DNA of 64,000 bases from NCBI GenBank assembly GCA_010356995.1, contig ML996688.1:1116001-1180000 (forward strand), given 5' to 3'. Shown one piece after another: positions 25,309 to 37,742 of this stretch. The notes under the pieces are model-generated. The model was not told the origin of the DNA and searched no databases. It saw only the letters and a list, made by a program, of their open reading frames with translations. Each line of letters opens with the position of its first letter. The first letter of the stretch is position 1. Origin of the DNA: Trichodelitschia bisporula. Its lineage: Eukaryota. A program made the position numbers and the translations under genes.

Positions 25309-27107
25309 ATGGGAGGCATCGCCGAACTCGCGCTCCCCGCCGCGGGCCTCGGCCTCGCTGCCGTGGTGCTGTATTTCGTCGGCCTCGCGGTTTACCGTCT
25401 GACATTTCACCCACTCGCGAAGTACCCGGGCCCGTGGCTTAATGCCATCTCGCCGATCCCGGGCATCATAAGCCTGCTCCGCGGGCGGCTCCCGCTGGAA
25501 ACGAAGCTCATGCACGACAAGTACGGCCCCGTGGTGCGGGTGTCGCCCATGGAGCTCAGCTTCAATGGCGCGCAGGCGTGGGAAGACATCTATGGACATC
25601 GCCAGGGGCTGAAGAATATGCACAAGGGTGAGTTTGGCGTTTGAGGGATAGGGATGGGGCTGATGGGCAGATCCGATTCATGTCGGCTCCGTGGATCCGA
25701 TTCCCGGTGTTACAACGCTCACGATGGCCGATGATGCGAACCATGCCCGGCAGCGGAGGGCGCTGGCGTACTCGTTCAGCCAGAAGGCATTGCTTGAGCA
25801 GGAATATATCGTGCAGGGCTTTGTCGATACCTTGATTGAAAAGCTGAGCCTGCGTGCCGACGCGGGTACGCCGATTAATATGGTTGACTGGCTGTGAGTT
25901 GCTACCTCCACATAAAGTGACAAAGCTGACGGGACAGTAACTTCACCACCTTCGACATCATCGGCGACCTGGCATTTGGCGAGCCCTTCGGCTGTCTGAA
26001 GGATGGTAAGTGTCCATTCCAAGGCTGAAGGGCATAACTGACCTACGAGAAATGTTCCACGACTGGGTATCCCTTATCTTCGATACCATCAAGATTGGTG
26101 CCATTGAGCAAGCGTACATTCTCCCCATTCTCCCTCCTTGACCCATCACTAACACGGGCAGCACACGGCGCTTCGCTACCGCCGGCCAACCCTTCCAAAA
26201 CTTCCTCGTCAGTATGATTCCCGCTGCCTGGCGCCAGCGGCGCCGGCTTCATCTGGTCAAGTCGCAAGAAAAGGTCCTCCGCCGTCTTGCGAACGAAAAG
26301 ACCGAACACCGCGACTTCATCTGGTACATTCTCCAGCAGCGTGAAAAGCACGACCTGAAGCAAGACGAAATCATCGTCAACGGCGCCTTGTTCATCGTCG
26401 CCGGCTCCGAAACCACGGCCAACCTGCTCTCCGGCCTCATCGCCCGGCTAGTCTGGAACCCGGACAAGCTCGCCAAACTTGTAGCCGAGCTGCGCAGCAC
26501 GTTCAAGTCCGACAAGGAAATCACCTCCGAAGCCGTGAAGCAGCTCCCCTACTTCCAAGCCTGCATCGAGGAGGGCCTGCGCATTCACCCGCCCGTGCCG
26601 GCCGGTCTGCTGCGTACAGTCCCCTCGGGCGGCGCATTTATTGACGGGAACTGGGTCGTAGAAGGGACGTCCGTGGCAGTCACCGGTTGGGCCGCGAGCC
26701 ACAACCCGGCTAGCTTTCGTGATCCCGACGCGTTTATTCCTGAGCGCTGGCTGGACGAGGCGTATGCGAGTGATAACAAGAAGGGCATGCAGCCGTTTTC
26801 GCTCGGCCCGCGTGGGTGCATTGGGCGGCAGTGAGTACTCCCGTGGGAGGTGTGTGAGAACTGGGGCTAATGAGACCAGTTTGAGTTACATGGAGATGCG
26901 TGTCATCCTCGCGCGTCTGCTGTGGAATTTTGATATTGAGAGCACGGACGGCGCGTGGCGCTGGAATCCCGAAGGCGAGATGAAGCATATGCGTGCGTTT
27001 AATACGTGGGAGAAGCCGGATTTGAACCTGAGACTGTGAGTAACCTCCGGCTTTTGGGAGAATGTTTTACTAACGGTTACAGCACCCGCGTTAAGCGTGA
27101 GGTTTGA
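25309..27107 (+). CDS. Cytochrome P450 (TRI11/averantin hydroxylase-like by overall pattern)
   Basis: N-terminal membrane anchor, [37 protein letters not shown]; about six introns. Confidence 0.93.
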
Positions 27108-27483
27108 GCGTCATTCGGAAGGCGACGAGACGAAGGCTAGACAGTTGCGAGTGAACAAGATGCGGCGCCAACGACATGATGAAGAGTTCGGACTGCGAAC
27201 AAAAATCGGGCTTGGATGAGGAGAGGATCCGGTAGTGGATAGCTGTGCCTATGAGATGAAGAACGCCTTGTCAGACTACAACTGATGATCACGGTTGAGC
27301 AGACAATACAAGCCTTCCACTTTGACATAGCGGCTTCTTTTTGCATCCTATGATTTCCTCGCTTCAAGTGGTTCGACAGTATACCAAGTGACGTCAAGCA
27401 TTCCAGGAACGAAGGAACGATTCATCGCCCTGACTTGCAACTGCCCGTCGATCTGATCGCACCTACCTATTACAGTACTCTGA

Positions 27484-27704
27484 TTGCACCTTCTTCTCGC
27501 TCCCATTGTACCTTCTTCTCGTTTCCATCGCGCTTACCTCTCGCTCCCATTGTACCTTCTTCTCGTTTCCATCGCACTTACCTCTCACTCCCATTGCACC
27601 TTCCTCTTGTTTCCATCGCACCTACCTCTCACTCCCATTGCGCCTGCCTCCGGCCCCCAATTGCACCTTCTTTTCTCTCCCATTCCGCCTGCCTCCTGCT
27701 CCCA
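27484..27704. repeat. 22-bp pyrimidine-rich minisatellite, about 10 units, with alternating A/B (44-bp) structure
   Basis: Units such as TTGTACCTTCTTCTCGTTTCCA alternate with TCGCACTTACCTCTCACTCCCA. Confidence 0.9.
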
Positions 27705-28692
27705 AACGTGCCTACCTCACGCGGCAAAGGGTAGCTGCCGTGCCTTCGCAGTGCCCATGATCATGACTAAGCCCTTCATATCTCATCTGCTTCCTTCGGA
27801 AGCTTTCTTCCAACTTTCAACATCAGACGATCAATAAATCCCTCCGTAACTATCATTCGATCACGATGGACTTGCTTTCGGTGCTCTACAACCGTCCGCG
27901 CCCACCGGAGACCTTCACTCGCCTCGCCGCACGAAAGATAGGACAGAATACCCAGCGAACACAGGAAGACCAATCCATCGAATAGACATTCTCGCAATAC
28001 CAGTAACTAAGAACTACACTATGCTCAAGTGTGGAGATCTCCAAACCCCAAACCGCGGAACAAAGCCGAACCACAAGGCTCCGTTTCACGCGCTCTGATT
28101 GGCCGCCGCCCACGGCCCGGGATGAGGCTCCTCCCGCATATCCTTCTCCGCGCGCAGGACAATCCCACCCGCCCTGCCGGGGGATCTCATCCAAATCCCC
28201 ATCGGTCGCTTTCCGCAAAGTGAAGATCCACAAGTAGGGCGAGCGGGCCCCTCCAGCGCAATTTCGTTCCAGACTGCCGTTCGCGCGCCACAAAGGACCT
28301 CTCCCGAGCACTGTACCAATCGGCAAAAGCACATGGGGAGCATGGAAATGCTCCCGCCCCGCCACCGAGCTATTTCCCCCACGCGTACCCCGCGGGAAAC
28401 GCGATCCAGCTCGGGGAAGGCAATCGCTGTGACACGCGGAGCGGGGCGCGCCCTCGGCACGCTGCCGAACATGCATCGCTTCTGCACTCCCACGCATGGC
28501 TGCCCGGAGCCGGTCTCCCATAGCAGGACGGGATCGTGTGATCTGCGCGGGCTAGGCAAGGGGGAGGGTTGATATACGACTTGCGCGCCGCCTGGCTTGT
28601 AGCACACCTACCTCTTAGCACTGCACTGCACCGCACCGCACCGCTCCTCATCTACCCCACTGTCCTCAACATCACCTCTCACCGCTGCAGCT

Positions 28693-30647
28693 ATGGGCGA
28701 CGCAACCTCCGCCGCCGCCGTTGAGACCGCGCCCCCGGCGCCTGCTGTCGAGAACTTCGCTTACCCCGAGGCGACGCCAGAGGGGCCCTACCGCGTTCTC
28801 CCGCAGTATCACAGCAAGCCGCGCAAGCTGCGCATCGCATGTGCCGGCGCGGGTGCCAGTGGTCTATGCCTGGCATACAAGCTGGAGAAGATGCTCGTGC
28901 CGGGGTCGTGGGAGCTGACGCTGTTTGAGAAGAACCCACAGTTCGGCGGGACGTGGTACGAGAACACCTACCCGGGTGTTGCGTGTGATATCCCCGCGCA
29001 TGACTATACATTCACTTGGGAGCCGAAATGGGATTGGAGTCATTTCTTTGCGCCTGGAGATGAGATTCAGCGGTACTTTGAGGACTTCGCGGAGAGGCAT
29101 GGTAAGTTTGCCCGGTTTTTCTGGCTTTCCCTCGGCAAGGCTGACGTGTTGCACAGGCAGCCATAAGTACATCAAGCTCAACAGCAAAGTGGTTGAGACG
29201 CGGTGGAACGAAGAAGAAGGCATCTGGAACATCACACTGGAGAACCAGAAAGACAAGGGCCTGTCCAAGGACTGGGCGCATGTCTTCGTCAACGGCACGG
29301 GCATTCTGAACAACTGGGCTTGGCCCGAGATCGAGGGTCTGCACGACTTCAAGGGCCCGCTCATGCACTCTGCCAAGTGGGACCATACCGTCGACTTTAC
29401 GGGCAAAACGGTGGGTGTCATTGGCACCGGGTCCACGAGTGTCCAGATCGTGCCCCAGCTGCAGAAGGTTGTCGAGAAGCTTGAGGTGTACATGCGCTCT
29501 CCCACATGGATCAGCCCGCCCTTCGGCGCGGGCGCGCTGGACGATGTGCACAAGGGTACGTTTCCCCTCCCCATTCCCAACAAAACTAACTCCCCAAGGC
29601 GAGGAAGTCAACCCGGGCCAGCGGCAATACAAGTTCAGCGAAGCGGAGAAGGAGAAGTTCCGCGACGACCCGGAGCACCACCTCATGTTCCGCAAGAAGA
29701 TCGAGGCCGAGATCAACGGCCTGTTCGGCATGTACTTCCAGGGTAGCGACCTGTCCAAGCAGTTCCGCGAGACGATCACGAACGAAATGCACCGCCGCAT
29801 GGGACCTGGGAATGAGAAGCTCAAGAGCTTTATCATCCCCAAGTGGAGCCCCGGGTGCCGCCGCATCTCACCCGGCGATGGGTACCTTGAGGCGCTGGTG
29901 CAGCCGAATGTCGAACCTGTGTACGGCGGGATTCTCAAGATCACGCCGGAGGGCATTGTTACTGCTGACGGCAAGGAACACAAGCTCGACATCATCGTCT
30001 GCGCGACCGGCTTCAAGGTCGCCTTCCAGCCGGCCTTCAAGGTGGTCAACGGGCTCGGCAAGTCGATCCAGGAGGACTGGGTCAACGGGCCGAATCTGTA
30101 CTTTGGCGTCTCGGCGCCGCGCTTCCCCAACTTCTACACCATTGTCGGCCCGGGTGCGACGTGGAGCAACGGCACGCTGCTGCCGTCCATTGAGACGACG
30201 ATTGAGTACTCGGTCAAGATGATCAAGAAGATCCAGAGCGAGCATATCAAGGCGATTGAGGTGTCGCAGGAGGCGCTGGACGAGATCTACGCGCACTTTG
30301 ACGAGTTCCACAAGGGCACTGTGTGGCAGGAGGAGTGCCGGTCGTGGTTCAAGGACGGCAAGATCAAGAACCGGATCTACCTGTGGCCGGGCGCGGTGAG
30401 TACTTTCCAACCTTTGCAACCCTTGCAAAACGAATCAGCAGAGACGAGAAGCTAACGATCTGGCTAGACCATTCACTTCCTCAAGTCGATCAAGGACCCC
30501 CGTTTCGAGGACTACAACATCCGCTACCGGTACAAGAACCGCTTTGCCTATCTTGGCAACGGCGAGGTCAAGGCACACACAACGGGCGATGTCCAGGGAC
30601 TCAGCCCGTACATTCGCAACTCGGACACCGAATGGAGTGTTGAGTAG
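28693..30647 (+). CDS. Type I Baeyer-Villiger monooxygenase (MoxY/StcW-like)
   Basis: GAGASG, GGTWYENTYPGVACD, BVMO fingerprint FKGPLMHSAKWD, GTGSTS, ATGF; three introns. Confidence 0.92.
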
Positions 30648-33035
30648 AGGGTCGGCGGTGGGCGGCGAGCGAGCGAGCGGCGACGGGCCGCGGCGGATCC
30701 ACAGTAGAGCCTGCGTGGCAACTGCGGCCCGATGTCCAAGCAGAGATGTCACCGCAGCCGCAGCAGCAGTAGCATCTCGTCCGCATCGCGAGGGGAGTGT
30801 GCGGGATGGGAGTGATGTGCATTTGGAAGGTAAATTATTCGCACATCCATTGTAGTTCGAGTAGGGTTCTAGGCGTTTTCATTTTAACACGAAGTCCAAT
30901 GCCATGAGTGTTTACAGAGACCGATTTTCGTGACAAGTCGTTGGTGGGTTTATCACCATATGAGATGCACGAGTCGGCCCGTTGAGGTTGTCGTGGCGGC
31001 CAGGCGCCTGGGCAGGCGCGGCACCGACTTCGCATTAAGCGCGAGCTACGGCGGGGACAAACGGGTCTTCGATCGGCTCTTTGGGGAATAGCGCGGGCTA
31101 GTTGAAAGTTAATATGTGGTGCTGCGAGAAGTGCATGAGGATAGGGGATCGGGTGCGGAGAGCGGAGGCGGAGAGAAGTCCGTCTCGTTGTTGAACAACA
31201 CGACTTTACTCCACCTTACAGCATCCCAATTGTCATCTTGTCTGCAAAGGCATGTTTCCGCGGTGAGGAGATGGAATTGAGCAAATGCCGTATGACGGAA
31301 GTGGTGATTGTCGTCTGTCGTCCCTGTGACACGTCGCCCGTTGTGGTCTCTGCCCCGCGCCTGCCTGCGCCACCGGCGTTATTCGGGACGGCGGGTGCTC
31401 CGCTCGCCCGTCTCGGATAATGCGGGGTAGATTTACTGCTTGAGAGTAATTCTGTGCCATTCTGAGTCCATTCTGGCGTCGCTCCCTGTGACCTTTTCGG
31501 GCTGTGCAGCATGCAGTATGCAGCCGCAGTGCGCAAGTATCAGGCAGGAGAGCCCGACGCGAGAGTGGTTCGCTGACAGAGGGAGGGGGGGACAGGGGGG
31601 GGTGTAGTGACTATGGTAACGGGGTGCGGTATCGTAGCGTGGTGGTGTTGGCTGGCGGCATGGGAGGGTGTTGAGGGGTGAGAGCTTGTTTATTGCCGGC
31701 GTTGCCGGGTGCCGTGATTGGGCATTGCGGGAATTGGGCCTAGAGTAGCGATGCTACTGCCGACGGCGCATGCATGCGTTGCACGTCATCATCGCGGAGG
31801 GTAACTACTGTAAGCGTGGCGACGGGGGACGGGGGGTGTTTGGCTTGGGGAATATTTTGGTGAGAGCTTGGGGGAGGAAGGGGGGGGGGCGATATTTTGG
31901 TTTTTGGCTCTATGATGAGGAAGGGTGGTGAGGAGGGGGAATATCAGCATGGCGCTGAAGCCCCGTTCAGCCTGCCTGCGTGGGAATGGAGTCAACCCCG
32001 CAATGTCAACTATCGCCAACTCCAGCTCGCCGCAATCTCACCACGTTTCCCCTCATCCTCACACCTTTTCCCCCGCAATTCCCTCAAGCGACCGGTCTAG
32101 TGACATACGGGATCCAGAAATCGCCTCTATCTCCCCACAGTCCCACTCCCTTCCCCAGAATATCGCAACACCCAGAATTCCACGGTATCTAAATCGGCAC
32201 CGTCGGTGGAGACATAAGAGTAACATCAACTCCACCCCGCAGAGCTCCACCCCCAGATCCACTTCTTCTCGCCTTCATGAACCGTTGCCTTGCGTGGTTT
32301 GCGGGGAAGCCAAGCGGACAAGCGAATATCCCCGCAATCAATGACATGACAGCAGCTTCTGAAGTGGAAGACGAAGTAAATCACACCTCAACACCCAACC
32401 AATCTCCACCGATATTCGCACCCACCAAACAATGCTCCCAACGTCTCCCGGACGAGCGCAAAAAAATATCCCCCCAGTCCTAGTCTACGCTTGTCCGTTC
32501 CGCATACCTCGCCCACGGGCCCGTGGATCGCCCGGCTTATTTTAGCGGCAACGCAAGGCTAGCACCTACGCAGTAGGTAGGACCAACGTGGGTGGCGTGG
32601 TCTGCAGGACACTCCACAAGCCCAAGGCCCAGCATCACGCACACCCCTGCCCGGCCACTTCACCAATTCCTTCCTCTTACTGGCCGGAGCGGAACTGTAG
32701 CCTCGCCCCTTCGCTGCCATCCCCGCGGGGATCCCACAGTGAGACGCGAAGGCCACGCTCGCTGGCGCTCGCTGGGCACGACTGGGCGGCCTGGGCTGGC
32801 TTCCGTCGGCTGGGGTGCCGGGCGAAATGTGGAGGGGAGGGAGGGTTTTCTATGACATTGCCCGGCTTCCGCGCATGTCTTGATCTGCATCTTTTTCGCC
32901 TCGTCCTCCTCTCCACTCCTCCTCTTTGCAAACTCTTCATCCAGATACCCCATTCGTGCTCGTCGTGCCTCAATTATCCGTAGACCTCAGTTCGTAGCCA
33001 ATATCAACACTCCACCTCACGGTGCTATCCACATC

Positions 33036-35837
33036 ATGGCCCCCTCCGCCGCAGACACCACCCAGCCGGACGCCAGCATCGTCCCCTCGACGGAGAAAGA
33101 ACATTCAGACCAAAATTCTTCCAGCTCCAAACGTCAGAAATCCCGCCATAGGGCCTCCGTCGCCTGTGCCAGCTGCCGCGACCGGCGCATTCGCGTAAGC
33201 CCCTCATCCCCCCGTCCTCTTCCCAAACCACCAAACTAACACAGCACAGTGCGTCGTCCCCCCCGGCGAAACAGAATGCACGCAATGCAAGCGCTCAGGC
33301 ATAGAATGCATCATCAAAAACGACGACGAGCGGCGGCGGTGCGTCTTCCCCTTTCCCCCATGAACCCCATTTCCCACCCCCCAAACCCTCTCCCGGACCC
33401 GAGCTGAGCCTGCCTAGCCCCATCTCCCGCGCCTACATGTGCTCCCTGACCGACCGCGTCGCCCTCCTAGAATCCATGCTCCGCGAAGCCGGCTCCGAAC
33501 CGCCCCCCGCCAACCACCCCCCTATGACGCGGCACGGGCCGCCTAGAATCGACGACCCCTCCCCAGCACGCAAAGTTAAAAACCCGCACAACGCGCCTGC
33601 GAGCAATCCTTCCGGCGCGAGCCACTCCAGCCCTGGGAGCCAGCATGATGATTTCATGGATGCGGAGGGCGAGGGCGGGCAGGATGGGGGGAGTGTGCAC
33701 AGCGCCCCAAGCCCGCCTATGCTCCCGCCGCCAAGGAGGGATGGGATGGTGAGCAGACTGTTGAGTACGAGGGGGCATTTGAGTTTTGATCAGTTGAGTG
33801 GACGGCTGAGGTATTTTGGGCCGACGACGAATTGCCATATCCATACTACGCTCGGTGGTCCACCGGAGGAGAGTTCCGAAGGGCTGGAGCAAGTTCGGCG
33901 CGCGGAGAAGACGATCCGGTACCTGAGCGGGGAGACGCACGAGTACCTCATGGAGCTGTTTTGGACGTATTATAACAGTGTCCTGCATGTGTTGCACAAG
34001 GATGCGTTTTATGAGGATAGGGAGCAGGGGCGGACGCAGTTTTATTCTCCTTTCTTGCATATTTGTGTTCTGGCGATGGGGTACAGGTTTGCGGATAAGA
34101 CGAGGCCGGATATGCAGCGCATATCGATGCCGGGACGGGAGAGTACGTTGCATCGCGAGGCGAAGTACATGATGGATTTTGAGCTCGAGAGGCCGGGGGG
34201 TATTCCGTCTGTCGTTGCGCTGCTGCTGCTTGGCGATTTGGAATGCGGTGTTGGACGGGACAATCTGGGGTGGTTATACGCTGGCATCGCTGTTCGGTGA
34301 GCCCCCCCTTCCTCCCCTTAATCCCCTCAAACCTAACGGAATCAGCATCGCCTTCGACATCGGCCTCCACCTCGACACACAAAACACCGGTCTCCCAGAC
34401 CGCGAAGTCGAAATCCGCCGCATGACGCTGTGGGCCTGCGTCATCTACGACAAGTACTGGGCGCTCTTCCTCGGCCGCCCCACGAGCATGAAGTCCTCCG
34501 ACCTAGAAGTCTACCACCTGAGCAAGCAATTCGAGCGGCTGGGGACGTGTCGCCCCGCGGGGCCTGAAAAAGCCCTCGAGACGCAGATCTACGAGGCTTT
34601 ACTCGATTTGATGGAGCTGGCGGGGAAAATAACCGAGAACATGGATCCGCGCTCCCAGGCCGATGCCACGATCGACCGCGACGCGTATCTGCGCATGGCG
34701 GCCCTAGACCGCGAGTTTGGGAACTGGTACGCGCGCTTACCAGAACCCCTCCGCTGGACGCCGCACAACATCAACACCGCCCCATTCTCCTTCTTCCTCC
34801 TCCACCAACAATACCACGCCGCGCTCATCCTCCTCCACCGCCCCTTCGCCATGTACGAAGACACCTCGGACTCGCACGAAGAGTCCAATTCCCCGGATAA
34901 CCATTTCAGCGCGCTGAGCCGCACGGTCTGCACCAAGCACGCCATCCGCGTCGCGCGCATCTTCTGGCAGCACAGGCAGCGCTTCGATACACGCCGCATC
35001 TTCGTCACCGGGCTGCAACACGCTGGCACCGCGGCCACCGCCCTGGTGGCCGCGCTCGCCTTCCTCAAAGACGCGACCGATAGATCCAACAACATGCAGT
35101 ATTTGGAGTGCTTGACCGCGGCGCTCCAGGACATGGCGTACACGTACCAGCCCGCCGAGCGCATGTTCCTGGTCCTACAAGCCGTCGTCTCCGAATTGCG
35201 GGGCACCACCGATCCCGGCGGCTTCAGGCCTCGCGCCGTGGTCCCGGCCCGGCGCGGCAGTAACACGGTCGACGAGCCCGAAGCCCCAGGACTGGCGAAA
35301 CGGCGCCACGTGGCGCGCGCACGAGGGCAGAGTAAAAGCCACATCGGGGGCGGGGACATGGCCATCGACCCTGCGCTTGGGGGACTGAAGCCGTTGGACG
35401 AGGGGGACGGGTTCGTTATGATTACGCCGCGGAGCGATTTGAGTGGGTGGCCGGGGGATGTCATGTTAGGTGATACCCTTGGGACGCCGGGGGGGTTGAG
35501 CGGGCTGGCGGCGGCGGCGAGGGGGGGGAATGCGTGGATGGGGGCGGAGATGGAGAGTCATGATATTGGGCATTTGGCTAGTGTGCATTTTCCCGAGTTG
35601 AGGGATATACCCGGCGTGGGCGAGGGGGAGAACGGAGGGGGTGGGGGAGGGGCGCCTGGCGGGGCTAATTTGGATTTCATGGCCATTGGGGAGGAGTGGA
35701 AGGAGTGGAATGGAAGTGCGGTGCAGCCGGGGAGTGAGATGGAGGGTTTCGCGAGTGGTGCGAATGGGTTTGGTGGGTTTGGAGGCGGGCAGGAGGGATT
35801 TGGGGAGGGAAAGATGGGGTTTGCGGAGACGGTTTAG
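33036..35837 (+). CDS. Zn(II)2Cys6 transcription factor with fungal-specific TF domain; candidate cluster regulator
   Basis: CASCRDRRIR|CVVPPGETECTQCKRSGIEC binuclear cluster split by an intron; middle region FDIGLHLD...RRMTLWACVIYDKYWALFLGRP; acidic Gly-rich C-terminus. Confidence 0.92.
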
Positions 35838-36861
35838 GATCTCGGGGAGGTGGTCTTTGTTGGTGTTGCTGGTCTGATCTGGCGGGGCGTTTGGTTGGAA
35901 TAGTGTGTTGTAATGCTGTGATGCTGGGTTCGGGCAGGATACTGTCGTTTCGCAGCGTTGGTGCTTGCTTTTTATACCTGTGTTGCGGCGTGATTAGGGT
36001 GATGACTGGTGCTGCGGTGTTAGCTTTTCTGGTTAGTGTGAGAGAATGGAAAAGTCTCTTATTCCGGCTGTTCTTACGATGAATGCCCAGCTGCTGTAGA
36101 TATTTGAGTATACTTTCCATCGTGAGGTGAAGTTGCCTATGTCGCAACGGACCGAAAAGTCGAGCCAGGCGCGAGTCTTTTTGGATACCGTAATTTCAGA
36201 AGATGCACAAGTCTCTTATCTGCCCTCATTAGGTCTCGCTTGCAATAATCCGTCTAGGTCTTGTATTCCTCGTGTCCTTGGAATCGCGTGGTGAAGTTGT
36301 AGGTGAAGTTGCCCTGATGTTGTACCGGTCCGGAAAACCGGGGCCCTACCGTTGGCTCTCTTCGCTTGATGGGAGCCGCGTCAGGCGCCCTGCATAAACG
36401 CCCGGAGATTGCCGGATTGGAACGTGCAACGTCGCTTCACGGCCGGTGAACGGTGTTCTACCGTTAAGTGACGTTATACCGTATCTTCATATCGTCGATA
36501 TCGGGTCCGGAGGAAATCCCGGCGGCAGTCGAACCTGCTGATTCCTACGAGTTCAGCCTTTAAAGATGCCCGAGAGCTGTGAAAGACCGGATTGCAAGGG
36601 AAGAGGGCATCCTTCCGAGTCCGGACACTGGGGCGGTTTTGTGACCGGTGACGGTCTTGAGCATGGCGCGGCTGTGAGACAGGTCCGGCTTTAAAATAAG
36701 CGCGGCTGCGAGCCGGGTGCGGGTCTTTAGGATGTGCTACTCGGGAGAGTGAAGCTCTTCAGATAGGCATCCTGTAGCCGCAATCGATCCCGACTTTCCT
36801 TGTGAGCAGTTCATTTCGCAGGCGGTGATTCTGTTCTCGACGGCGGTTTTTTTTCTCGGTC

Positions 36862-37020
36862 GTGATTGCTTTGTTCGGTGGCGATTCTGTTCTTGGTAGC
36901 GATTCCGTTCTTGGTAGCGATTCCTTCCTCAGCCTCGATACCTTCCTTATGCGCCATTCCTTCCCCGTGGGCGATTCCTTCTTCTGGGGCGATTCCTGCC
37001 CCGCGAGCGATCTCTTTCGT
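36862..37020. repeat. Degenerate 18-bp tandem repeat, about 9 units
   Basis: GCGATTCC core recurs every 18 nt; minus frame reads xxGIA hexapeptides (EEGIAH, KNGIAT). Confidence 0.75.
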
Positions 37021-37742
37021 GTGAGTGTCCCCCCCCCTGGGTGATGCCTTCCTCCCGCTGATACGGCTCTCAAACCAAAGGTCTTCCTCACTCCTCTGGC
37101 TTTTGGGGTTCTTGCGTGTCACGATCTTATCTCCACCAGTACCCCGTATGTGTTGCCCTGCGCTCTCATGGCTAAGTCCGTGCCGATGCAATCCGGACGA
37201 CGTTGCTTCGTGATGCTATGGTATCGTTCGGAGTGATGCTTCTCGTATTGTGACTGACTCGGTCTCTAGGATGTGTGCTCGTGAGGAGAGAAGATCTCAC
37301 GGTCCTAAAATGATAATATGTTAGCCTTAACCATTGTCTCAGCAAAGCACTTTCTTTCTTAATGAGCGCATCACGGAGAAGCAATCTCTTCTGGTTCCAG
37401 GACAGGACTGTATGAGCCTTAGCCGAAGTATTTACCCTCCTGGTGGGCGATGCTCTCCTGCTGAAGCTGCCCTCGGGCCAAGCGCCTTGCACCGTCCCTT
37501 CAGTTTCTTAGGATCCGCTCGTACTCCATCATGGTCTCCACTCAGGATCGGAATTCCTCAGCCTCGCCCGAAGTATCAGCCTTCCTCGCCAGCAACCCCT
37601 TTCAGGAACCGGAGCCGCTTTTGGCCAAAGGACCTGCCCCACCGCTTTGGCTCTCAGGTCTCGCATGTTCCTTGGATGTGCTCTCAGCAGAAGACAGCTC
37701 GTATGGTCTCTGAATTGGTGTGTTAGCCTCAGCCTCCGCATT

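Noticed and set aside
28619..28644. GCACT/GCACC pentamer run upstream of the BVMO start
   Set aside because: Short microsatellite with no sign of function.
31580..31890. Long G-runs that could form G-quadruplexes
   Set aside because: G- and C-runs are common throughout this window, so they are not distinctive.
1824..35837. Reading the cluster as a trichothecene, sirodesmin or aflatoxin biosynthetic cluster
   Set aside because: TRI12-, SirQ- and StcW-like labels are family-level only, and no synthase backbone is present in the window.
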